A DNA stretch of 63,711 nucleotides, counting the filler, from Candidatus Babelota bacterium (lineage in GTDB: Bacteria > JAGOBX01): the NCBI GenBank assembly GCA_017999075.1. It is 9 parts of 9 records of this genome, joined end to end, with 100 filler letters (N's around TTAATTAATTAA, not from the genome) between each part and the next. Parts side by side here need not be neighbours in the genome. Positions count along the whole stretch, not along the records: positions 1 to 7,047 come from JAGOBX010000180.1; positions 7,148 to 14,183 come from JAGOBX010000181.1; 7 more parts are not named here. The stretch is one strand, 5' to 3'. Each line of letters opens with the position of its first letter. Position 1 is the stretch's first letter. Position numbers and translations under genes: made by a program. This document shows positions 1-8,766 of this stretch, in pieces. The notes beneath the pieces are model-generated. The model was not told the DNA's origin, made no database searches, and saw only the letters and a program-made list of their open reading frames with translations.

Positions 1-526
1 TTATATTTCCGTCTTTTACAAGATACATCCATTGACTTGATGTCGAAATATAAAGCTTGTTATCTTTAAGTACTAATCCATTAATAATATTGATTTTATT
101 TGAAACATTTATTTTGTCTATATATTGCCCTGTTATTGAATATTGGTAAATTTAATTTTCAATGTTTAACGCATATACAAAATTTTGAGTTTCATCAACA
201 ATAAAATTCAGAAATGTTTCCGCAGGAAGAACTATGGGCAATGATACTAAAACTGAATCGTTTTCATCAAATCTTTTGATCTTTTTATTTATAGAATCAA
301 GTATAAAAATTTTACCTGAATTAGTTATAAAAAAATCAGAGGGCCCATAATTTTTATCAAATGATTTCCTGAAACCCACACTGGTTTCATTTTCTCCCCA
401 TTCAGCACTAAACAATTCTGAAAAAGTAAAATTTATACTTGCACAAACAGGAGAGCTTTGAATTATTATTAATACTAATAGCGCATTAATTAGTTTTAAA
501 AACCTTTGAAACTTTATTTTTTGCAC
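1..526 (-). pseudogene. Secreted NHL/beta-propeller-like protein interrupted by one in-frame TAA (154-152); the frame stays open to the window start
   Basis: Signal-peptide-like N-terminus; 'GPSDFFITNSGKIFILDSINKKIKRFD' resembles an NHL blade. After the TAA the same frame reads IYQYSITGQYIDKINVSNKINIINGLVLKDNKLYISTSSQWMYLVKDGNI with no stop. Could be a sequencing error rather than a true pseudogene. Confidence 0.55.
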
Positions 527-822
527 TATGCCAAATAATACATATAATTTTTTAGAATATATAAACTAAATTGTATCCTTAATATATAAAAAAATCAATT
601 AGTTTGTTATTATTTTTCAAAAAATAAATAATTAAATAAGTTTCGTATAATTTCAAATAATCCTTGAATTTTTTAGTGTAAAAAGTAAACTTTATTAAAT
701 TATAAAATAGTTTTTTTGAAAAGTGTGTTAATATATAATATTAAACTGAACCTAAATTAATTTAATAATTTTAACAGCGGTTTGGGATTTGATAATTCAA
801 AATGTAATTATTCACTAAAGTT

Positions 823-1590
823 ATGTCTAAAATTGTATCAGTTCATTCTTTTCGCGGAGGTACAGGCAAATCAAATACTACAGCTAATATTGCAGCCATA
901 TTAGCTCAAAACAACTATAGGATTGGTGTAATTGACACTGATATACAATCACCTGGAATTCATATTATTTTCGGTTTAAACGATAGCAGAATAAAATTTT
1001 CATTAAACGATTTTTTATGGGGAAAATGCGGAATTGAACAGGCTGCATATGAAGTTTCTGAGAATTTAGACATTAATTCAAGCGGAAAACTTTTTTTAAT
1101 ACCTTCAAGCTTTAAAACCGGAGACATCGCAAGAATGCTTCATGAAGGATATGATGTAAATCTGCTGAATGAAGGGTTTCAAAATTTAATAAAAGCCTTA
1201 ACTCTTGATTTTCTTTTAATTGACACGCATCCAGGACTAAACGAAGAAACATTGTTATCAATAGCATTATCAGACTTTCTATTAATAATTTTAAGACCTG
1301 ATAATCAGGATTATCAGGGAACCGGAATAACAGTAGAAGTCGCACGCCAGCTTGAAACTCCAAGAATGCAACTTTTAATAAATAAAACCCCATCTTTTTT
1401 TTCAGAAAATGAAATTATAAAAAAAGTTGAATCAACTTATAATTGCCCGGTTGCAGGAATAATTCCGCATTCTGATGATTTAATGGCATTGGCAAGCGGA
1501 GGAATATTTTCATTAAAATATCCCCAACATAAAATCACGCAGATTTATAAAAAAATTGCTGAAATAATAATAAAAAATAATGTTGAATAA
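823..1590 (+). CDS. MinD/ParA-family ATPase (MinD-like subfamily, no obvious C-terminal membrane-targeting helix)
   Basis: Deviant Walker A 'SFRGGTGKS' (Arg at the signature-Lys position), 'IDTDIQSPG', Walker B 'LLIDTHPG', 'LLINK'. Confidence 0.9.
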   Translation: MSKIVSVHSFRGGTGKSNTTANIAAILAQNNYRIGVIDTDIQSPGIHIIFGLNDSRIKFSLNDFLWGKCGIEQAAYEVSENLDINSSGKLFLIPSSFKTGDIARMLHEGYDVNLLNEGFQNLIKALTLDFLLIDTHPGLNEETLLSIALSDFLLIILRPDNQDYQGTGITVEVARQLETPRMQLLINKTPSFFSENEIIKKVESTYNCPVAGIIPHSDDLMALASGGIFSLKYPQHKITQIYKKIAEIIIKNNVE

Positions 1591-2611
1591 AAAAAAAATT
1601 TTTTTATACACTATCACAGCAGGATTTATTTACGGAATTTTTAATTATATTTCAGGAAAAATAAATCTTCCGGGATGCGCATTTATCGAGTTAAGACCGC
1701 AAGTAGCTCTGCCGATGTTTATCGGAGCATATTTAGGTCCTCTGCCTGGTTTTATAACAGGTCTAATCGGAGACAGAATAGGTTATGCTTTTCAAGGTTT
1801 AAATATATATTATGCTTGGAACTGGAGTATCGGTAATGGTTTTATAGGTATGTTTCCAGGAGTTTTAAAATGGTTTAAAATCAAAGAAATAAAATCCATA
1901 CAGGATTATTCCATACTATTAATTTTAATTGTAAGTGCAAGTTTTTTCCCTATTGTTTTTGCAAGCGTTATTGATATTATTGTAAAAAATCTGGGTTTTA
2001 TAAAAATCATTTATACCTTAATACTGCCTGCTTTTATTACTGACGCTGTATTCGGTCTTATTATCGTGCCGTTAATGCTTATGACTGTTAATAGAATACG
2101 ATTCACTATAGGAATAAGAAATATGCTTATGGTAACATATCTTCTTCTTTTCTCAGTTTTAACAACATATTCTGTCAGCGCAATTTCAATGTGGAATAAT
2201 ACCGGACAAAAAGCTTTTATGTATAATGATATTTATAATATAGGAATTTTGTCTTTAATTATTTTATTAACAGGCCTCTCAATTTCAGTCATAATCGTAA
2301 AAAAAATAATATCACCGGTAATGTATCTTACAAAATCAGCAAAAGAAATTGCAGAAGGCAATTATAATAATATTTCTTATTCTAATATAAAAATAAATCC
2401 TTCTGACGAGCTGAGTTGTCTCACTGCTACATTTAATAAAATGGCAAATGAAATATATATGAGAGAAGAACAATTAAAAAAAGAAGTACGGGAACTAAAA
2501 ATTGAAATAGACAAAAACAAACAAAATACAGAAGTTTCAAAAATTGTTGATACTGATTATTTCCGTGATTTAAAAAATAAAGTCAAAGTATTAAGGGGGA
2601 AAAATGATTGA
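1580..2611 (+). CDS. ECF transporter S-component-like membrane domain fused to HAMP and a C-terminal coiled-coil tail
   Basis: N-terminal hydrophobic helices with 'ELRPQVALPMFIGAYLGPLPGFITGLIGD...WNWSIGNGFIG' (S-component-like), two further TM helices, HAMP 'ISPVMYLTKSAKEIAEGNY...DELSCLTATFNKMA', tail 'REEQLKKEVRELKIEIDK...DTDYFRDLK'. Overlaps the upstream gene. Confidence 0.8.
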   Translation: MLNKKKIFLYTITAGFIYGIFNYISGKINLPGCAFIELRPQVALPMFIGAYLGPLPGFITGLIGDRIGYAFQGLNIYYAWNWSIGNGFIGMFPGVLKWFKIKEIKSIQDYSILLILIVSASFFPIVFASVIDIIVKNLGFIKIIYTLILPAFITDAVFGLIIVPLMLMTVNRIRFTIGIRNMLMVTYLLLFSVLTTYSVSAISMWNNTGQKAFMYNDIYNIGILSLIILLTGLSISVIIVKKIISPVMYLTKSAKEIAEGNYNNISYSNIKINPSDELSCLTATFNKMANEIYMREEQLKKEVRELKIEIDKNKQNTEVSKIVDTDYFRDLKNKVKVLRGKND

Positions 2612-5249
2612 ACGTCCTCAACCTAAATTAACGGGCATTTTAAATAAATTAATTAAAAACCAGGTTCATGACACAGAGCATTCAAATGATTTCTTCAAAG
2701 ACTCAAATTCTAAAATTATCTCTCTCGGGGTCCCTTTAATTAAATGCGACAATGGTAATTTCTGCGTTGACATCAGTAAAATTGATTTTTTTTCAGGAAT
2801 TCCAGAATTAACCAGAACGCTTTTAAGCAGATTCAATGAAGAGTATCAAAAAAATAAGTTCGACATAATAATACGCCAGCCTGTAAACTCAGAAGTCAAT
2901 CCAGAATTATTTAAGCTCGGAATAACTAACATCAGCATAACTGCAAGAAGTAAAACAGCAAAAGAGCTGTTTGTTAACTCAAATATTTTTCAGAATCATT
3001 TACTAAATATCTTTTATGCATTACAAACATCAAAATGGGGAGGAGTCTTATTCCCCGATTATTACAGCCGCCGTAATTCCAGTGTAGAAAACTTTTTAAA
3101 AAAAAATGAAAATTCCGATTTTTCTTCAAATACAGAAATCCCTGCATTACTTTATCATTTTTATATTGATGGATATAATAGTCAGCAAGAAAAAAAATAT
3201 ATTATATTAACAGAATTTGATTATACTGATAAATTTTTAAGTTTGACAATAGAAAATTCATTCGATTCACGGCTGAATCTGAAAAGAATATCTCATCGAA
3301 CTATGGACAGCGATTACAGTCAATCGTCTTTTATAGACATTGATAAAATCAGCAATCAAATCTACAAGGCGGTTTATCTTGAAGCTCAAAATCAAAAAAA
3401 TGAATATTTCGAAACTCCGTTTATTCAGCCGGAATTATTTAATTTGTTAATTTCTTCCGGAATGCAAATCTTGTCTCTCATTAAATTCAGATGGAATATT
3501 GAAACTTCCTCAAAAATAATTCTTGAACCTAAAAATAATTTTATAATTTTATTAGCAAAAATAATACGCCTGCTCCACGATCCTGATATAATTAAAATTT
3601 TATATTCAAACAATCTTATTGAAGTGTCAGCAAATGGAAATAAAATTTACTTTGATGTCTCCAGAGGAGGGACCTGTTTAAATATATGTTTTGAAGAAGA
3701 GCGTCCTAAAACATCTGCATCTTCTTTTTTGGATAAAATGCCTGCATTAAAAAAAACCGTAATTAATTCAAATATATCTATTGAAAATTTCCGAATTCTT
3801 CTTATACATCACTCAACTTCCGAAATATTAGGATTTATTAACGCGCTTAAAGAATTAAAATGCGGAGCGGTTTCAACACTTTTTATTAAATATAAAGGAG
3901 TTATGCCAGATAATTATATTGATGTACTGTTTTCTTTTCCTGATGAAATTTTTAAATTTTATTCTCTCCAGAGAATCGAATCTTTCAATTCTGTTGAAGT
4001 AAAGTATGTTTTATCAAATCAATATTCTCCAATAAAAGAATTTAATCAATTAAACAATCAGCTCCTCAACGAAAAACCCGATTTTTTCAAAGCAATGATA
4101 ATGACAGCAGCACATATATTTTTCAGAGAACTTATAATTGCTAAAGCTAATAACCAAAAACTTTTAATTATTGAAGACGGAGGATATCTTGCACCTTTAT
4201 TAAATCAATATTGCCTTGAAAATAAAAAATTAAATGAATCTATTGAATTATTAGGAGTAAAAAATTTTTTCTTGTTTAAAGATATCTCTAATTATTGTTC
4301 AGAATCCAATAATACTCTTCTCTATGAATTTCTCGAACATCATAATTATTGCGGCAGTATTGAACATACAAGAAACGGTTTTGATAATCTCCAAAAAATC
4401 AACAATACTTTCAATAAACTTTCATTTCCGGCTCTGTCTATTGCAGTTTCAAAATTAAAAAACACCGAAGAAGCCCGTGAATGCGCATCTGCCATACTTA
4501 ATGCATTTGAAACTATTCTGCATAGTTCAGGTTTAATTCTATCAGCAAGAAACATAGCTGTTTTAGGATGCCGAGGAAACATAGGCAGAAATCTGTTTCT
4601 TCAATTATCGCACCGTAAAACAAAAGGAATTCTGGCAGGTATAGACATATCCGTCGATCCTGATGAATTTTCTTTTTTAGATTCAGGAACCGAATTACGC
4701 ATTGCTGAAAGAAATTCTTTAGATGTTCTGGAAGATGAGTTGTTTAATAATATTGACACTTTTATTGGAGTAACCAGTAAGTCAATAATCAAAAAAAATC
4801 ATATAGAAAAACTTTTATTAACAGGTTCTAAACCAATTTTATTTTTTATAAGCGGTTCAACAAAAACATTAGAATTTGAAGACTTATCAGATTGGATTCA
4901 AACACTTCAGAACTCTCAAAATCAAAATATAGGAGATATGAAAGTAAAAATTAATATTACTCATATTAAGGATCCTCAAACAGGCCTGATTCAAGGAAAT
5001 AGGGTAAGAATTATTTTTGATAAAAAAACCGAATGCGGACTGGATTACAAAGATCTTTATTTATTAGGAGATTTAATGCCTCTTAATTTTCTTTATTACG
5101 GAGTACCTACTGAAACAATGGATTTAATTTTTGATCAATTACTCAAATTAACACTTGGATTTATTAACAAAATAAATACAGATAACAAATTACCTATTAA
5201 ATTACTGGCTATTGACAGAGATATTGATGAAAATGCCGATTTACTGTAG
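2604..5249 (+). CDS. 881-aa protein: unknown N-terminal ~390 aa plus divergent S-adenosylhomocysteine-hydrolase-like (AdoHcyase/NAD-binding) region
   Basis: SAHH-like motifs in canonical order: HHSTSE, IEDGGY, GSIEHTRNG, FPALSIAVSKLK..EE, Rossmann AVLGCRGNIG, LLGDLMPLNF..GVPTETMD. Overlaps the upstream gene. Confidence 0.65.
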   Translation: MIERPQPKLTGILNKLIKNQVHDTEHSNDFFKDSNSKIISLGVPLIKCDNGNFCVDISKIDFFSGIPELTRTLLSRFNEEYQKNKFDIIIRQPVNSEVNPELFKLGITNISITARSKTAKELFVNSNIFQNHLLNIFYALQTSKWGGVLFPDYYSRRNSSVENFLKKNENSDFSSNTEIPALLYHFYIDGYNSQQEKKYIILTEFDYTDKFLSLTIENSFDSRLNLKRISHRTMDSDYSQSSFIDIDKISNQIYKAVYLEAQNQKNEYFETPFIQPELFNLLISSGMQILSLIKFRWNIETSSKIILEPKNNFIILLAKIIRLLHDPDIIKILYSNNLIEVSANGNKIYFDVSRGGTCLNICFEEERPKTSASSFLDKMPALKKTVINSNISIENFRILLIHHSTSEILGFINALKELKCGAVSTLFIKYKGVMPDNYIDVLFSFPDEIFKFYSLQRIESFNSVEVKYVLSNQYSPIKEFNQLNNQLLNEKPDFFKAMIMTAAHIFFRELIIAKANNQKLLIIEDGGYLAPLLNQYCLENKKLNESIELLGVKNFFLFKDISNYCSESNNTLLYEFLEHHNYCGSIEHTRNGFDNLQKINNTFNKLSFPALSIAVSKLKNTEEARECASAILNAFETILHSSGLILSARNIAVLGCRGNIGRNLFLQLSHRKTKGILAGIDISVDPDEFSFLDSGTELRIAERNSLDVLEDELFNNIDTFIGVTSKSIIKKNHIEKLLLTGSKPILFFISGSTKTLEFEDLSDWIQTLQNSQNQNIGDMKVKINITHIKDPQTGLIQGNRVRIIFDKKTECGLDYKDLYLLGDLMPLNFLYYGVPTETMDLIFDQLLKLTLGFINKINTDNKLPIKLLAIDRDIDENADLL

Positions 5250-5250
5250 T

Positions 5251-5295
5251 AAAAAAAAATGTTGCCAAATGGCAGTTATGCCATTTGGCAACATT
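5251..5295 (-). terminator. Intrinsic terminator-like hairpin between convergent genes (17-bp perfect stem, U-tract on the minus strand)
   Basis: aatgttgccaaatggca-gtta-tgccatttggcaacatt (5258-5295) preceded by an A-run at 5251-5259. Confidence 0.8.
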
Positions 5296-5306
5296 CCCAT
5301 AGCATA

Positions 5307-5843
5307 TTATAATGTTTTTAAAAAATCTTTAATCCAAATCTTTTCAGCCTTAAATAATGCTATAGGACGCGTTGCAAGTCCTAATTTATTGACAGGACAT
5401 TTTTCTTTTTTTAAATAATCGATCAAATTGCCATAGCCTGTTATAAGTTCATCAAGTTTTTTTTCGTATTCTTTAAGGCATTCTTCACTTTCTTTTTTAT
5501 TCAAAACATTATAATTTGCTATTGCTAAATCAATGCGCCAAGTCAATTTTTCAGGTTCAGACAGAATTTCTTTAATCTTTTCCTTTAATCTTTTTTTCCC
5601 TTCACCGGTAATTTTATAAATTTTTTGAGTGACATTTTTTTTCGTTAACTTAATCTCGCTCTTTATCATTTTTTCTTTTTCCATTTTATTCAGCAATTTA
5701 TAAATTGAAGACTGTGAAATTTCCGTCCAGTAATTCATGCTTCTCTGATAAATCTCCTGTTCAATCTGATAAGCGTGCATGGATCTTTCATTCAATAATC
5801 CGAGAAGAGCAGTTTCCTTGTTTGAAATAATATTTTTTTTCAT
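5307..5843 (-). CDS. PadR-family transcriptional regulator
   Basis: 'ALLGLLNERSMHAYQI...SQSSIYKLLNKMEKEKMI...KIYKITGEGK' wHTH pattern; GGAGG RBS upstream. Confidence 0.92.
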   Translation of the reverse strand: MKKNIISNKETALLGLLNERSMHAYQIEQEIYQRSMNYWTEISQSSIYKLLNKMEKEKMIKSEIKLTKKNVTQKIYKITGEGKKRLKEKIKEILSEPEKLTWRIDLAIANYNVLNKKESEECLKEYEKKLDELITGYGNLIDYLKKEKCPVNKLGLATRPIALFKAEKIWIKDFLKTL

Positions 5844-5878
5844 TTTTATATTCCTCCTTTATAATATTGTATTAAAAC

Positions 5879-5915
5879 TATATTGTCATGATACAATATA
5901 AAATATCTTTGTCAA
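5879..5915 (-). promoter_or_regulatory. Sigma70-type promoter of padR (TTGACA-16-TATCAT) overlapped by palindrome TATATTGT-N6-ACAATATA (candidate operator)
   Basis: tgtcaa at 5910-5915, atgata at 5888-5893, inverted repeat at 5879-5900. Confidence 0.6.
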
Positions 5916-6049
5916 GTTTTTTTATTAATAAAAATATTAAAAATTTTTGTTGTAAATTTTATCGGAAAAATTAAAATTATTCTTTTTAATAATAAATTTG
6001 AAATATAAAAATATTAAAAATACGGATAATACAAAATATATTATAAGAG

Positions 6050-7047
6050 GTGGGCATTTTGGAAAATTCAATTGAATATAATTTCGAACAAATAGAAAAA
6101 AAATGGCAGAAAAAATGGGAAGAATCCGGATTGTTTAAAGTTAATCTTAGCGATTCATCAAAACCTAAATATTATTGCCTCACAATGTTTCCTTATCCTT
6201 CTGGAACTCTTCATGTCGGTCACGGCAGAAATTATATTTTAGGAGACGCTGTTGTCCGTTATATGATTATGAACGGATATAATGTTCTGTCACCTATGGG
6301 TTGGGATTCTTTCGGACTTCCTGCAGAAAATGCAGCCATTAAAGCTAATATAAGCCCTGTTGAATATACAATGGGCAATATTTCCAAAATGAAAGAACAA
6401 TTTTCAAGATGGGGGATTGGTTATGACTGGTCAAGAGAAATAGCAACATGCACTCCTGATTATTACAAATGGACTCAATGGGTATTTTTAAAATTATATG
6501 AAAAAGGGCTTGCTTATAAAAAAGAAGCTCCTGTAAACTGGTGCCCTTCCTGTAATACCACGCTCGCAAACGAAGAAGTAGTTGACGGTGGATGCGAACG
6601 ATGCGGAACCGAAGTCGAAAAAAAAGATTTGAAACAATGGTTTTTTAAAATCACAGAATATGCTCAGAAACTTCTTGACGATCTTAATTTATTGACTGAA
6701 TGGCCTGAAAAAGTGGTTACAATGCAGAGAAACTGGATAGGAAGATCTGAAGGTGCCATAGTAAATTTTAAATTAAGCGAAACCGGAGAAATTCTTCCAT
6801 GTTACACAACAAGGCCTGACACTTTGTTCGGAGTTACTTTCATGTCAATTGCCCCAGAACATCCTGTAATTTCAAAATTGATAGTAAATAACGATAAAAA
6901 AGATGAAATTTTAAAATTTATTGAAGAAGTAAAAAAACAAAGTTTCATCGACAGAACTTCAGACACTGCTGAAAAAAAAGGAGTATTTACTGGGAAATAT
7001 GGTATAAATCCTTTAAACAACGAAAAAGTTCCTCTTTGGATAGCAAA
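6050..7047 (+). CDS. leuS: Leucine--tRNA ligase, N-terminal part (truncated by contig end)
   Basis: '[13 protein letters not shown]' (HIGH motif), '[13 protein letters not shown]', 'WCPSC..LANEEV', '[11 protein letters not shown]', 'TTRPDTLFG'. Confidence 0.97.
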
Positions 7048-7147
7048 NNNNNNNNNNNNNNNNNNNNNNNNNNNNNNNNNNNNNNNNNNNNTTAATTAAT
7101 TAANNNNNNNNNNNNNNNNNNNNNNNNNNNNNNNNNNNNNNNNNNNN
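7048..7147. other. Artificial contig linker
   Basis: N44-TTAATTAATTAA-N44, stops in all six frames. Confidence 0.98.
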
Positions 7148-8495
7148 CTTTGTCAAGGTAAGAATAATATGAATTTGGAGATGTTTCAATTAGCTGTTCA
7201 TTCATCTTATTCGAATATTGGATTATCCGTTTATTAAGATATATATTGATTTTATTTATTAGCTCATTTGAATCAAATGGTTTTAAAAGATAATCATCAG
7301 CTCCGGATTCCATTATTTTCAAAGGCCCGCCTTTTGCTGTTATTACTAAAATTGTAACGTTTTCGGTGAGTTTGTTGTTTTTTAATGAATCAATGATTTC
7401 ATATCCGTCTTTTTCGCTGTCCGGAAGCATTATATCTATAATTGCAAGGCATATTTTTTGTTCTATTATTATTTTATGTATATCAGGAGTTGATTTTGTT
7501 AACCAGACTAATTCAATGTTTTTATCTGCAAGAAGATCTTTTATAAAATTGAAAATTTCAGCATCGTCTTCTATTATCAGAATATTCCGTTTTGCCAGAC
7601 AGGCATTTGTAATGATTTCAATTCCGAATTCATTGCTTGCAGTAAAAGCAGTTATTGTATTGTTTAATATTTTGATTAATTCTATGGAATCATTGGTTAT
7701 TTCTGGATAATTTATGGTGGCAGCATTTGCAATTACTGATATTTCTTTTTTTGAATCTTCCGGCAATACATAAATATAATATTTTATTTTTTCTATTATT
7801 CTTGACATTGCTATACGTGAATTGAAATCATCCGTTTCAGGAAGCAGGATAATAAACTTGTCAAATGAATATCTTGCAAGATAATCGACTTCACGTAAAG
7901 ATTTCTTTATTAAGAATGCAAGTTCTGCCATTATTAAATCACAGTAATACCAACCGATTTCATTTTTTAAATCAGAAAGATTTTTTATATGAATGATTGA
8001 AACAGACATTGTGCGTTTATACCTTAAACATTTTAATGTTTCTTCATTAAATCTTCTGTAAAAGCTTTTGTAATTAGGTATTCCAGTAACGCGATCGATT
8101 TGAACATTATTTTTTAACTGAGAGTTTTTAAGAATGGCGAGTTTTATACGGCTGACAAGTTCTGATTTATTTACGGGTTTGTAAATAAAATCTGAGCTGT
8201 CGTCAATAAAACTTACAGGAAATTTGTTTATTTTTTCCGGTTCGATTACATAAATAACCGGAATCATGTATGATTTTGTAAATATTTGAAGCTCAAAATA
8301 AAAGTTATTTAAAAGATCATCATCTATATATTCTGTGACAATTATATCTGCAAGTTCATCTATGTATTGAGTAATAGTTAAATCTTCGACAATTTTAAAT
8401 TTATATACCAAATTTTCCGACAATGTTTCGCTGATAATATCTTTTTCAGTTAGATTTGATTTGTTATACGGATTTAAATAAAGAATAGTTGTCAT
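7148..8495 (-). CDS. REC-like / degenerate GGDEF / REC protein (3' end truncated by contig end)
   Basis: 'DRVTGIPN', 'LREVDYLARYSFDKF' (RxxD intact, GGDEF replaced by SFDKF), C-terminal receiver 'ILIIEDD...IIDIMLP...VITAK...GADDYLLKPF'. Confidence 0.88.
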
Positions 8496-8548
8496 AAGTA
8501 TAAAGTTAATTTATTTTTAAACTAAAATTGTCATATTTTATAGATTTA

Positions 8549-8577
8549 AGAATAAATAATTATTTTTAAATTGTCAA
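8549..8577 (-). promoter_or_regulatory. Sigma70-type promoter for the GGDEF/REC gene (TTGACA-17-TATTCT)
   Basis: tgtcaa at 8572-8577, agaata at 8549-8554. Confidence 0.55.
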
Positions 8578-8611
8578 TAAAAAAATTTCTAAGGTGAATT
8601 GCAATTAAAAC

Positions 8612-8640
8612 TTGACAAAATGTAACTGTTGTAGTATATT
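8612..8640 (+). promoter_or_regulatory. Near-consensus sigma70 promoter (TTGACA-17-TATATT) with no downstream + strand ORF
   Basis: ttgaca 8612-8617, 17-nt spacer, tatatt 8635-8640. Confidence 0.75.
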
Positions 8641-8646
8641 AAAATC

Positions 8647-8735
8647 AGGGATAGATAATAAAAATCGGATTCAGATTTAATTATCTGAGCGGTTTTGCCG
8701 CCTAAAGCGGCGCATAATATCTATCCCTTTTTTTT
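8647..8735 (+). ncRNA. Candidate small structured RNA (three-way junction), family not recognised
   Basis: Closing stem AGGGAUAGAUA/UAUCUAUCCCU, inner arm AAAAUCG..UCAGAU/AUCUGA..CGGUUUU, hairpin GCCGC-CUAAA-GCGGC, then a U-run. Starts about 7 nt after the -10 box. Confidence 0.6.
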
Positions 8736-8766
8736 GTAAATTATAATTCTGAATTTCTGCAAGAAT

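Noticed and set aside
152-154. Stop-codon reassignment as the explanation of the in-frame TAA
   Set aside because: TAA, TAG and TGA all end well-conserved genes at expected positions in this window, and Trp is encoded by TGG.
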